DNA of 64,000 nt from Macrostomum lignano (GCA_002269645.1 NIVC01002902.1:66686-130685), one strand, 5' to 3'; shown: positions 24,018 to 36,977, numbered from the stretch's first letter. The notes: generated from the letters alone by a model not told the origin. Numbers and translations are program-made.

Positions 24018-24912
24018 TTCGCAACCGTTGCTAGAACAGCAGCACTTGAAGAACTATGTTAATACAGTTCCATCAGCACACTTTTTGACCCCTTGCTGAT
24101 CTTGGATTTCCTTTGCGTAGCTGGTGCGAAATTAATGACCAACTTTTGTGGTCTTGAACAGCAACTGCAGCAAAACACGTTGCGTGCTTTTGTGCGGCTC
24201 ACAAGCTTCCTGTTACAACTGGGGCAGTCAATCACAAAAGCATGAAACTGAGTAGCCACAGCTTAGATGAAGAGAGTTGCCACCACATTCGATTCAATCA
24301 CAAGGTTTTACAACCTATAGCCTCACTAAAATAGGGGTAATTTTGAATGTCGTGTATTTTCGAAACTGAGTTCATGGGACTCTGAAAATAATCGGATGTG
24401 TCTGCTGGTGCATCATACTGTAATCTCATGGAAAATCTGTACATCAGTCAGGCGATTCGGTGACTCATCGATAGTTGGAACGAGCCGCAGAAGATGGTTT
24501 GTAATATTTCCCACAAGTTTCCAGGCTCAGCTGCAGGATATGAAACAGCTTGAAAAGTGTTTTTAGAGCTCGCGACCAACTGTATTGAGTCTTTACTCTG
24601 CAGAGGCTGACTTGCAGGAGATGCTCAAGAAAATTTTCTGTTATCTGCTTAGATCAGAACTTCCATCTCAAGCGGCATCTTCAAAGCCGATTCTCAGTGC
24701 TTGTAAAAAGCGATCATTTTTCCAACTGGCAGTATAAAAAGCTAGGAAATGAGAAACAAATGCATTCGCTATCCAATGACAAGCATCCAGTGTGCTGTAT
24801 CCAATGACAGGGTAGAAGATAACGATATTAGTGCAAAGTCTGTCTCAAAAGCGCGAAACCTTGAAATGAAATTTGCCAGTTCCGCAGCCTAATGAAAGCA
24901 TGCGGAGAAGAT

Positions 24913-25698
24913 ATGCCTTTAGAAACTGTCTTCGCTGTCCATTCTCTGTTGCTCATTTGGCTCTGGAGCTGCATGGCCTCTGCAACTCCGAGTCCGCTGG
25001 GTTTTCAGTACATCAGCTGTTATGTGGACGGTCTCTATAACAGCAACCGAGACTTGCGAGGACTTGAAGGCATTGTCAAGTTCGGTCCGTACGCCACGGA
25101 ACCGACTGTGCCCGCCTTTGTGCAGAGGCCGGGCGAGATGACGCTGCAGCTGTGCGCCGACATCTGCAAGTGCGGCCGATTCCGCTACTTCGGGGCTCGG
25201 GCGGGCGAGTACTGCTGCTGCAGGTCGGCCTACGGCTCTATCGGAGCCGCTCCTGACTCCCAGTGCAATTCTCAATGCGCCGGGAATGCATCTCAGGTGT
25301 GCGGTGGTGGCTATAGAAATTCAATCTATGAAATCATCTACCCGAAATGTAAGCGAATGAAATGTTTGTCGGTATGGGTGACTTTGGCTTCGTGCACATG
25401 ATGGGTTTGAATCGGGTGGGTATGTTAATAAGCATGAGCTCGTAATATCAAATCACCATGATGCTAACCAGATAAAAACATTTCGAAGAAGCTGGCAGCT
25501 GCATCGATGCCCAACATGAGCAGGGCTCAGAGCTCCATCACTCACAGCAGTTTCCCAGCCAGAGTTGAATTCGAGTGCAGCGCCGCCTGCCACAGCAGCC
25601 CGAGCTGCCTGGGCAGCGCCTTCTCGCCATCAGGCCGGATGTGCCGCCTGTCCGAGGAGTTGGCCAGCGAGTTCGAGTACGTCTGGATGAAGCCGTGA
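24913..25698 (+). CDS. Secreted WSC + PAN/apple-like protein, copy B (exons 24913-25348, 25472-25698)
   Basis: Near-identical to 2957-3742 (offset 21956), same intron, few amino-acid changes. Confidence 0.85.
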
Positions 25699-26966
25699 GG
25701 CTGGGAGCAGCCAGCAGCTGTCAGAATGGAATCGATTGCAATAATTAGCCAATCAGAACTCTGGGAATGTTGAAGGAACAACTTTAAGCTGACTTTACGC
25801 TCGTATTGCTGGATTGAAACTCTCTCAAAAGACGCAATATTTCTGTTCGTAATGGGTCTGAAGCAGAGTCTTTTTTAAACTCAACGAGGCTGAGAACTAT
25901 CTGATATCTTTATATATGAATGTATTTTTCATGTGCTCCGTTCTTGAGTATGTCACTCTATCCTACTGACGAGACAGATACAGCTTTTGAGTTGGAGTTC
26001 AGAGTTGAGAACCAAATTTCTTTTTTAAATTAGTAAGCTGTACTTTAATTTGTTTCTTTTTGAACAACCTGAAACTCAAGGCTTTGTGCTTCTTTTTAAG
26101 TGTGCTACAGGTAAATCCAGAAATAAACAGATCTACGATTGAAATGCGCTCTGTTCTGAAATATTAACCGTATTAACCGACTCAATGAACTGCTTTCTAT
26201 GGGCGATTCTTATAGAAGACGATTGCTCAATGAGTGGCCTCAGTGCATGCTGGTTGACTCGATGGCTACTTGAAACTTCAAGGCCCGCTTGCTCACCTGT
26301 ATTTAGCGATACTTGTCTTCAAAAAGGCATTCTATTGGACTGTTTTAAAGAAACTTGCACTAGCTTGGTGCTGTAAAATTGCATTTATATTTTTTAAGGT
26401 CCTAATCTGTATAATTTACACATTTAACGTATAAAAAACTAAAAAGGACGAAAAACGCGTTTAACAATTGAAGTCGACCAAATTCGACTGAAGTTATAAA
26501 TTCAACCCAGCGGATTCTCAGTTGCCTGAACTGCGCCCGAGAGGAGCAGAGGCGAGAGGCGAGACTGGCCAGAGTGCAGGGTGAGAGAGAAAACTGGCCC
26601 AGTTCAACAATGCATTTTCTGTACATTTGACCGCCTCCTCAAACCGATGCACTGCGGGACTGAGCAGCATTTTACTCCGCTCAGTGGGCCATTAAATACA
26701 TTTAAAGATCTCACACTGCACTGAGGCACAATGGGTCAGCTCACCCTCATCAAGTACAGCTTGGGGTGGCCGCTGCAGTCCCAGACTCTCCGTTGCCATG
26801 CTGGCTGCACAGAGGCGAAGGCGGCGGACTCAGCGCTCCTGCTTGGGAGAGAAGTTTCGGCTGCTAAGGCCGAGGGTGGTTGGCCTCGCCAGAGGCTGCA
26901 AAAGGGAGGGCAGCTGAGAGATGAGGCGGTAAAATCTTTCTGGCAACCGGCCGAATAAACTTTGAA

Positions 26967-27426
26967 ACACCTGCCACTCTGACAGCAGCCGTGACTGACA
27001 TCTGCCACTCTGACAGCAGCCGTGACTGACATCTGCCGCTCTGACAGCAGCCGTGACTGACATCTGCCACTCTGACAGCAGCCGTGACTGACATCTGCCA
27101 CTCTGACAGCAGCCGTGACTGACATCTGCCACTCTGACAGCAGCCGTGACTGACATCTGCCACTCTGACAGCAGCCGTGACTGACATCTGCCACTCTGAC
27201 AGCAGCCGTGACTGACATCTGCCGCTCTGACAGCAGCCGTGACTGACATCTGCCACTCTGACAGCAGCAGTGACTGACATCTGCCACTCTGACAGCAGCA
27301 GTGACTGACATCTGCCACTCTGACAGCAGGCGTGACTGACATCTGCCACTCTGACAGCGGCCGTGACTGACATCTGCCACTCTGACAGCAGCCGTGACTG
27401 ACATCTGCCACACTGAGAGCAGCCGT
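26967..27426. repeat. 31-bp minisatellite, copy B (~15 units)
   Basis: Same unit as 5905-6570. Confidence 0.95.
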
Positions 27427-27575
27427 TTCTCTTTCTCCATCTCCTCTTTCTCCGTCCCTCTCCCTCCCTTCTTTTTTCTCTGCCTGTTTTCTTTAATCCC
27501 CCTTAACTCCACCTTTTCCCCACTTTCGCCTTCTTTATAGTCCTCCTTTGCACTTTAACACGGTTTTCTGACACA

Positions 27576-30500
27576 ATGGGCCAAAACCAAAGCCGACATC
27601 GGGTCGTCACCAGCAGCGTCACTATACGAACTGCTGCAAGAAATGGTAACTTAAAAGTCGTCAAGTTTCTCGTGTCACAAATCGCTGACCAAGAAAACAG
27701 AGATCGCTGCTGCATCAACGCTGCCGAATCTGCAGTAAAAAATCGTCAGTGGGAAGTCGTCAAGTTTCTCGTGCCACAAGTCTTTGCTGACCAAGCAAAC
27801 AGAGATCGCTGCTGCATCGAGGCTGCCGAATCTGCTGCAATATTTGATCAGTGGGAAGTCGTCAAGTTTCTCGTGCCACAAGTCGCTGACCAAGCAAACA
27901 GAGATCGCTGCTGCATCGACGCTGCCGAATCTGCAGTAAAAAATCGTCAGTGGGAAGTCGTCAAGTTTCTCGTGCCACAAGTCGCTGACCAAGCAAACAG
28001 AGATCGCTGCTGCATCGACGCCGCCAAATCTGCTGCAATAAATGGTCAGTGGAAAGTCGTCAAGTCTCTTATTTCGTGTCTCTCAAGTCCGGAACAGGGA
28101 GCGAATCTCCGTTTCCAATACGCAGTCAAGGCTTGCTCTTGTCTTCGCAAAGATGTCGTAACCTTTCTCGGCCTCGAGCCCGACTGGCTCTTCCAATCCA
28201 GCACCATCCTCAGCTTCACTGCAGCAATGGCCATCGAAGGCAGGAACTCTGTTCTCACTGACACCCTCTCTCGAATGCAGCCAGCTCACATCACACAGCT
28301 GCTCCGTCTCTCCATCTCTCAAAGACACGTCGCTCTTGCTGTCACACTGATCAATAAAAAGCGAGTCAGAAAAAAGCATGTCGATCTGCCAGACAGCACT
28401 GGAGCCACTGCTCTCATGCTGGCAGCTGATGCAGGTCATCACGAGCTCATTGAGAAACTCATCGACCTCGGTGCGTCAGTGCGTGCTGAAGACAGTCAGG
28501 GTCGGACTGCTCTGTCACGAGCGTGCGAAGCCGGTCACGTGCGAGCAGCCAAAGCTCTGATGGACAGAGGAGCGGATGCGAGTCATCGAGACGGTCAGGG
28601 TTAGACGTGTGCTCAGGTGGCAGAGCGATTTGAGCAGCGGCAGGTGCTACGGCTGCCGGATCTCAGTGGAGCGGGGTGAGTGCAACGAGAATTTCACAGT
28701 TCTTTTCAGTATAGTATTGTGTTTTACTTGTGTTTTATTCTTTAGTCTTTAGAAAAGTTCCAAATCCCAAAGACAGGATGAGCAGCCAAGCCCAGTTCGC
28801 GCATCTCTTGCTCACTGTCTTCTTTCTCTCGGTCATCTGCTGCTGCCCGCCTCTCCCTCCGCTTTTTGATTTTGCTACCTGAAAAAAAGCGTTAGTATCT
28901 TTATGAAGCTGCGGAACGTGAGCGCGGCAATACGTAACAATATAATATGAGTTTCCGACTTATTAAAGTGATTTTTGCCGCTTAAGAACCTCAGACTCAA
29001 CTGCTGTGAGAACCCTGGCTTTCCTATCCGCATTGCAGAAGCCCAGAGGCCGGGCAGGCAGCCGCTCACGGCTTGGATTCAAGGCTTCATCGGTGAGTCT
29101 GACCGGTTCGGTTTTCACTGCCGCATTGCGCCTTCCATCAGGCTGGCAGCTTGGGGCAGAAATTGCAGCGAATCTCAGGAGGGTTGAGATTGGGTTGGAC
29201 TGAGTTCTGCAGCAGCTGCACTCTCAGCTCTCCTGCTTGAGATGCCAGTCTGAGTGCTGCAGCAGCTGCACTCTCGGCTCTCCTGCTTGAGATGCCAGTC
29301 TGGCACTCTCAGCTCTCCTGCTTGAGATGCCAGTCTGAGTGCTGCAGCAGCTGCACTCTCGGCTCTCCTGCTTGAGATGCCAGTCTGAGTGCTGCAGCAG
29401 CTGCACTCTCGGCTCTCCTGCTTGAGATGCCAGTCTGAGTGCTGCAGCAGCTGCACTCTCAGCTCTCCTGCTTGAGATGCCAGTCTGAGTGCTGCAGCAG
29501 CTGCACTCTCAACTCTCCTGATTGTTTTGTCCAGCCAACCCTGACCAAATCACTCACACGCATCTCGCATCATTCCAGGCTCTCAGATGACTCCCAGCAA
29601 GACAGGCGCCTGAGCGAGGAGCTGCATCAGCTGCTCAGCGAGGCGGGATTCACCGAGCAGAGAGCAAAGTGTCAGCAGAGACTTGCTGACTGGCTGGAAG
29701 GAGTCGCTCGAGTCCTCACACAGGATGGCAGGCGGATGACGGGCAGCTACGCAGAGGGCTGGGCCAACAGTCTGGTGCAAGTGAACGGCAGGACAGCTGC
29801 AGACTCGGACATTGACTGGACTGTGCTGGTTGCTGGGCAAAAGTTCCATCTGGCAGGTGGCTGCAAAAGAAATACGGACTCCTGCAGAGACGCCACTCGT
29901 CTGAAGGTCACGGAAGGCCACGCACAGGTGGCAGTGGGAGCAGGTGAGTGAGGCTGAGTAAATCATACGATCAAACGACGAGCATCAATCAAACAGTAAC
30001 TTAAATCAAATATTTTTCATATTTTTCTGAATAATATCAAATGAATACTTTCTCCTTCTGTTCCTCTTATTGCCCTCTGCAGGCAGCCAACCTGCAGCCA
30101 CAGCCACGGCGTGCGGTGTGCGGCCTGCACAGGACACGTGCCATGCGATCGACTGCTGCAGCAGTTCCTTTGAGGACAGAATTGAAAAACTTTTTCCAAA
30201 CGATTATAAGAAAGTTCACCTCGTTAGGGCGACCAGACCGAGCTCGACCAACGAGCTCAGAGTGAGCTTCAGCTTCCATGAGAAACGCATCATGAGAAAC
30301 CTGAGCACAGTCCAGGGCCAGCTGTTCACACTCATCAAGTTCATCTTCAAGAGACACTTGCCGCTCACTCTGGACACACCTGGACTCAAGACCTACCATG
30401 CAAAGACTCTGCTCTTCACAATGCTGAAGAAGCATGGTACATATCCTGAAACTGAGGCTTGGCAGCCCCACAATCTGATCGCTCTGCTCAAGGAGTCTCT

Positions 30501-31551
30501 CGACATGATGCTGAGCTTCATCGACTCGAGCAGCTCGGCCGATGAGTGCATGCCGCACTTCTTCATGCCCAACGCTCCGCTCTACTTCAAGAACGCTGGA
30601 ATCGGCGGCGACTTCGACAACACGAAGGCGAGGGTTCGAGACCGACTTCGTGAGCTGAGAAGCGACATCAGCGGAGTGGTCGAGCAGCTGAGGAGACTCG
30701 TGAGACCTCTGCAGTCAGAGAAGTTCTACTTTCACCCGTTCACTCTGCTGCCTCTGACAGCGCCGCCTGCTGTCACGGAGATCAGGGAAGGAAGTGTTAG
30801 CGATGAGTTTTACTACAAGTTCGCAGACGTGTACAGTGTGGTGCACCAGTGTGTGAGCGAGCTGCAGTCGGAATCGAGCGACAGAGACACCCTGATGAGG
30901 CAGCTCAGTCTCCTGCATGAGCTGCAGTGGTGCAAGTGCGCCGCCCTGTGCATGACCGCCATGGCGCATTTGAAGTTCGGAGAATCTGAGGAGGCTGAGA
31001 GACTCGCGATGGAGCTGCAGAGACATCAGGTTGAGTCAGGGTTGAAGCCACATGATATTCAAAAAAAAGAGAGATCGTTGTGGGGCGGTGAGATAAAACT
31101 GCCATCAGACTCAGACTGGGCGTGGAGGTTCTGCCTCCCCTGCGACTCTCCGCCTTGCTTCCCATTCCTTCCCGAGTTCACGCAGACTCTGTTGACAGCC
31201 AGACTGTCGCAGCCTCTCTCCTCCCACCTGTATGTGAACTTCCGCTGCCTGAGCTGGAGTCTCCAAGCTGAGCTGCTCCGCAATCGCGCATTCGATCATT
31301 GGATTGAACAGCTGCTTGGAGACCCGGACTTGGAGGAGCTGCTCACTCTGGCTCACTACAGCGACTGCCGCGAGCACGTGGAGCTCAGCCTGCAGCAGAT
31401 GGAGATGATCGAGAAAGAGAGACGCGTCGCCATGGAGACGCAGGACGAGGAGAAGATCGGCTGGGTCAGGCAGAAGCTGGAGAGACTTGATGAAGCCGGC
31501 CAGAGTCCTCAAAATCGAGTCGGAAAGTCGAGATCGGAAAAGGAAGGCTGA
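27576..31551 (+). pseudogene. Ankyrin / Mab-21 (cGLR-type) fusion gene copy B with one premature stop; exons 27576-28675, 29039-29092, 29579-29943, 30083-31551 (995 codons if read through)
   Basis: All three introns are conserved with copy A. Only 4 array units plus a partial. TAG at 28602-28604 replaces the CAG of copy A. Downstream exons are open with GS, DSDID and QDTCHAI intact. Confidence 0.75.
29200..29520. repeat. 50-bp intronic minisatellite, copy B
   Basis: Same unit as 10589-11266, fewer copies. Confidence 0.93.
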
Positions 31552-32160
31552 GTCAGACAATGTCTAATTTAGCAATGGAAACGCTTCTTCGGTTTGTCAG
31601 CTTTTTAGGAAATGAGCACATCGAGAGCCATCGAGTGCGAGCAGCCCTCCAGCTATGAACTGCAGTTTTGTACATTTGTGCTGCAATTCAATTTACACTG
31701 AATTCTGAATTCCTTTCTTCCCTTCAAACTGCGTGTCTGCTTTGATGCGGGCTTTTCTCTGTGATTTTCTTATGCGCACTTCAATACCCGATTGCCAATG
31801 CTGTTTAATGAAAATATTCAAGCCAAATGCACAGGTAGCAGTTATCTGCATGAACCTGAAAAATTCAAAGGTCGGCTGGGTCAGGGAGAAGCTGGAGTGA
31901 CTTGATGCAGCAGTTTGAGTTGAACTCGGAATTTTGTAAGCTTCTCTGGCTTTTGCGCGAGCTGTTCAAAAAATTTTAATTTATATATTACAGATTAACA
32001 TTTTCAATCTACTTTTACTATTACAAATACTTTGTGTACATACTCCTTTATTATTTAAGCACCCGCTCTCTGAATCAGTTCGATCAGTTTACAAATTGAT
32101 TTCATCATGTACTTTCAATATTTACTCATGTATCCTGCAGTGACTGACAGCCTGACAGCT

Positions 32161-32325
32161 CCCCGTGTCTCCCTCTCCTCCCCAGTGTCTCCCTCTTCTC
32201 CCCCAGTATCTCCCTCTTCTCCCCCAGTGTCTCCCTCTTCTCCCCCAGTGTCTCCCTCTTCTCCCCCAGTGTCTCCCTCTTCTCCCCCAGTGTCTCCCTC
32301 TTCTCCCCCAGTGTCTCTCCCCCCT
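32161..32325. repeat. 21-bp minisatellite (ccccagtgtctccctcttctc)n
   Basis: About 8 direct tandem units. Confidence 0.92.
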
Positions 32326-34534
32326 CGAGCACGTCTGAGGGGTTTTGAAGCCAAGTTTGGGGAGCTGTTTGCTTCGATTCACTCTAATATAGAAAGCCCA
32401 GTGAAGTGGCCGAAAGCATTTTTGATTCCAACATTGTGTTTTTAGTACTTGGCGCAGTGGTCCTAAAAACCTAAAAATCAGAGCTCCAACCGCCTAGTGC
32501 TCAAGTGTCATTTATCTCCTCGCCTTGTACTCAAATTATGGATTGCGCAGATCACCACAGTAAACTGTCCATATTGAAAGCATTGTACATAAAGAACGCA
32601 AAACCCTTCCTCAATGCTTAATTAGCAGGAAGGGCAGTAGTGTGCATCTCAGAGTAATATAGGATTGTCGCGTTTTTTAAAACTATTTTTGTTTGACTTC
32701 TAACTCACTGTTCACAATGCGCTCATCCACATGCATACGTTTCGCGCCTCTTGCCCTTTTCGTGCAAATCTTTTACTCCAGCTGACGATGCTGCATGCTC
32801 AGCGAAGCGTCTTACTCGTGATCTTGAGTTTTTTACGTCAATAGTATGTAGCAGTGTTGTATCGTCAACAGTAATTTATCGTTACTTCAACAAAAAACTT
32901 TTTTTACTTTTCAAAATCGAAACCCATCACCTTTTATTCGAGATGCCAATTATTTTGTAAAGAAAACGGGGATGCTTTGTTTTTTCTGAATTTCGTAGAT
33001 GCTAGTGATGTGCAACTATGCGAGAAGTATTCAGCAACAGTAAAAATGTCCACCCTCGAAGCAAGATAAAAGTTTTTTTCACTTATTGCGAAAATTTCTC
33101 ACCTCACTGACAGTTCAACCCTCCAGTTACGCCACAAAGCCGCCACGAGAAAGGGAAAGTTGATTCATAATCAATAATAAACGTCAGTCAAACAAAATCA
33201 GTTAGAATCGCGATTATTAATAACGCGTGTGGGTTTCCCTCGCACGCAGAAGGGCTTCCCCAGATGAGGCGGCGCAAAGTCCCGGGGAAGCTGCTGCCAA
33301 AAGCGTTTTCAATGGCATGACCGTTTAGTCACCAAGTTGTACCAGGTCTATTGGCTTTGTCTATTTAAATACCACTAATGCCACGAATTTGTCACAGCTG
33401 TCCTGTTACTTCTCTAAAAGATGCCACCTTTGACTCCAAGTTGTAGTTGGTTTTGTTTTATTTCTAAATGCTGTCTCAGTAAATTCTACCAAATATTACT
33501 AAGCTGCCTACTTTAAGTAGCGTTGGCTGCCCTAAACTATGATTCTTCCTAGAAATTTCTAACTCACAATTTCTTAGAAACCTTGTGATAGCGTGTAGTG
33601 CACTAGAGTAGTGCAAATACCTGTAGTGCACTTGTAAGACACTGTCTAATTTCCTAATTTTGTCTGAAAGTCTTGCGTTTTCCGAGGATCAAGGGTGTCC
33701 AGCGGTAGCTAATTTATTCTCATAATGCCTAATTCCTTAGCGCCTATCCAACCTGCACGGCTTTCTTAGGGTCTGTACGAAATGAATCCCGGCCTAATTC
33801 GGGGTCTCCACGACCTTTAGTTTCACTATTCAGATCCCCAGTTCTGAGGCTCCACGACCTTTAGTCTTCCCTATTCAGTAAATATATAGCGAAACAAGTT
33901 TTAGCGGAAGTTTTCAGAGTTGAACTTCAAGTTCTAAGAGTTATTAAGCCAGAGCTGTCGAACAAGTGAACAGGTGAACAAGTTGTATATTTTTCAACTC
34001 AAATTTCTTTCTTTTATAGTCATTAACAGAGGAGGGGGGTGAACATACTACGTTTAAACAAATCATCAAAGGGGGAATTTTAACAAAAGTAGAGTTGAAA
34101 CAAAATTTTACGATATTAAAACAAAAAAAGAGAAATTCGCTGATTGGTTATAAATTGGGTTATAATTCGCATGATTAATTACTATAAGTAGACTGATTCA
34201 GATATTTAAACGACCCTGCCTCACTTCATTCCTCAAGATTGAGAGACTTTACCTGCACTCTCAAAAGCGGCGACCACAGACGGAATCTTCTGTGATGGCG
34301 AATTTTCGATTTTGCTGAGTATATACAGCATAGACGAGAACGTGAAAAGAGGTCAGATACAGCTATCGCCCCAGATCCCTAAAAACTCATGCTACAGTTT
34401 GTTGGTTATCATAAGCGCTACTCATTGGCTGATCAGCCAAGCTGTGTTCAAGCCAAATAAAGCGACTCAGTTCCCACAGTTTTCATATCCACACACTGTG
34501 TGTCTCACCGTTTGTTAGCTAATTTGATTCACCG

Positions 34535-35659
34535 ATGAGGTTCAACCCGATCGAGTTGACGTCTCTGCTGAGGCTTCTTCTGCTCCTTCTGCTCCAGCTG
34601 CTGCTGACGGCTGCCAGCGGAGCCGCGGACGCGACCGGCTGTCGCAGCAGCTCCCTGCAGTCGCTGCAGCCCCTGCATAGCGAAGCCTCTGTGCCGGATT
34701 CGGATCGGCAACGCCAGATTCGACTGCCGAACGCGCAGCTCATCGACGGCGCCGCCGACCTGAAGTCCTGCGCCCTGGCCTGCGCTCTCCGACCGACCGT
34801 CTGCGCGATCGCTCAGTTCCGGTTCGCTGCCCGTCTGTGTCACGTGACCCCGGAGCTGCCGCAACCCGCCAGCGAGACCGAGGCTGCTGTGACGGCGACT
34901 CGAGGTGACTGCGTGGCGACGCTGCTGAGACGCAACGCATCCGGAGCCTCGGGCTGGCCGTTCGCTGCTCGAATGTCCGCTTTCTTCGACTTCTGCCTCT
35001 CCGAGCGGAACCTCGGCGGCAGCGTCGGATCCGGCTTCTCGACGTCGGCACCGGCGCAGTTCCTCGGCGCCGCTGAGCGCAACTTGTCGGGCGCGGCGCT
35101 GCCGGGCCGGTTCGATTCGTTCGTAAAAATCCCACTGCCATCTCCAGGATTTCAAGCTTTTGTCTCTCCCAACAAAGAGTACTCAGTTTTCTTTAGCATC
35201 GATGGATCGCCAAGAGTTCCTTCCGAAATGACTCACCTGTGGTGGGTGGTGACGTCTGGCGGAAGCAACACGCCGTTCTGCGCGTTCGCCTACTTCTCGG
35301 GCAGCAAAGTGAAATTCGTAAACTTGTTTACCCGTCTGACTGGGTTCCTCACGGATGCTTCATTGCCTCTGGTGCCTTTTAAGAAGTTCTACATGGGCCT
35401 GAGCTACAGCAGTGCTTCTGGAGCTCACACTGTTGTCTGCAATGGCACAGACTTTTCTATTTCAAATCGGACCAACTACGAGCTGAATATTGATGCCGAG
35501 TACACTGAGATCTGGCTGGGATCGCAAGGGACCAGCGATTCTGCCGCCTTTGAGGGAAGAAAAATCTGCTTTGCATTTGCTCCCGTGTCCATGACGGTTG
35601 AACCTATAAAGCTTTGGGTTCAGTTTGCTGAGCTGTTTGTCACGAGTGTGACGGATTGA
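34535..35659 (+). CDS. Secreted protein (374 aa) with an N-terminal PAN/apple-like module and a probable LamG/concanavalin-A-like C-terminal domain
   Basis: Poly-Leu signal peptide; SCALACALRPTVC...LCHV PAN pattern; beta-rich C-terminus with IWLGS...FEGRKI. The ORF is solid, the LamG call is tentative. Confidence 0.7.
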   Translation: MRFNPIELTSLLRLLLLLLLQLLLTAASGAADATGCRSSSLQSLQPLHSEASVPDSDRQRQIRLPNAQLIDGAADLKSCALACALRPTVCAIAQFRFAARLCHVTPELPQPASETEAAVTATRGDCVATLLRRNASGASGWPFAARMSAFFDFCLSERNLGGSVGSGFSTSAPAQFLGAAERNLSGAALPGRFDSFVKIPLPSPGFQAFVSPNKEYSVFFSIDGSPRVPSEMTHLWWVVTSGGSNTPFCAFAYFSGSKVKFVNLFTRLTGFLTDASLPLVPFKKFYMGLSYSSASGAHTVVCNGTDFSISNRTNYELNIDAEYTEIWLGSQGTSDSAAFEGRKICFAFAPVSMTVEPIKLWVQFAELFVTSVTD

Positions 35660-36903
35660 ACTAACAACAAAACCGTTTTTATTGTTTGTTGTCAGCCCTA
35701 AAGTTACAAGAAACACTGACAAGATATAAGAAAATATGCACAGTGGCAGTGCATAGTAAAATATCTACTTTATCTGAGCAACTTTTTTCTGAAAGTTTTT
35801 TTGGTTTGCCTGTCAGATTAAAAATCAAATTCAATCTAACGACCCACTCCGTTAAAAAATTCGAAAAACTAACCAGTTTATACTTTCTATTGATTCATGG
35901 TTTTCTTTTTGATCCACCTAGCAAAAAAGTTGTGTTGCTATCCATTTTAATTAATAGTCCTTAGCTCTCCTCTGTTGTCAAAAGGCCCTAAAATATTTGA
36001 ATACTAATAATATGGGAATATCTTAATATAATTGGCTCACGCTGTTACGCGGCGGCACAAAAGAAAGTGCTAAGCAATGTCTTTATATGTTAGTTTCAGC
36101 AGGTATCGTCTTACGTAACGACAAGCCTGCAAAAGAGGCATCCTTGATCACAAGCCGGTCGACTTTTCGCTTGGGACTTTTGCTTTACGAAGTCCCAGAC
36201 GAGCAGACTCCGATTGAAGCGAAGTGTTCTTCTGCGCCTGTCTTCATGCAATTACAGTTTGTAGGCACTGGACTAATCAATCAATCAATATTCAATCAAA
36301 AAGCTGCTACACTCACTTCCGATCAAATTGGATAGTCTGATGTACACTTTGATATTGACTCTCATAGTTCGTGTGAGTCCATTTCTTTTTTCTTGCTACA
36401 GAAGTGAATTTTAGCCCCGAAAATTTGCTGGATATGCTTACAGAGTACACATGCGCACGAAAGTAACCAAGTAGGCTCGTACTAACTTCAGTATCAAAAA
36501 ACTTATCTCACCCCTGCCGTGTGTCCACCAAATCTGAGAAAGTTAGATAAGATGCACTAAAATGGTTTTAATTGCTTTCATGTCCTCCCATGTCCCCCCG
36601 GTGGCGACGACCCATGGTTGATTATACGAGTTATATGCACTTAGGCTTTTAACATCGTTGGCATCAGCCCTAGACTTTCTCTCATTAGCAAGTTAAAAGT
36701 CTTAGAAGAAGAAGCATCTCAAATCCTAGGAGGTTTCCCTCAGCTTCCTCTCCCAATTAGAACAACGACTGAGCCCTCGTATAGTTTTGAGCCGCAAAAA
36801 AGGCCGTAAAAATTAAGTAGCCGCTCCTGTTTGAACAATTACAGACAGGTGCATGTTTTCTGTTCTAATACAGCTGAGAGCCACCTAAATCGGAGGCCAC
36901 GAG

Positions 36904-36910
36904 TATAAAT
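36904..36910 (+). promoter_or_regulatory. Candidate TATA box for the PAN-lectin gene
   Basis: TATAAAT ~70 bp upstream of ATG 36978. Confidence 0.35.
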
Positions 36911-36977
36911 CTTGAGCTAAAACTCAGCTGCAGATGCGTCTGTTAATTTTACCGCCGTGGTTTCTTAAGCGTTGACA

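Larger units (their letters stand above)
22999..32180 (+). repeat. Segmental duplication copy B
   Basis: Colinear with 724-13920; same gene order and same minisatellite families at matching sites. Confidence 0.92.

Noticed and set aside
26731-26958. Possible decayed cGLR fragment (GQLTLIKY resembles GQLFTLIKF)
   Set aside because: Similarity is limited to about 10 residues; it cannot be told from chance without an alignment search.
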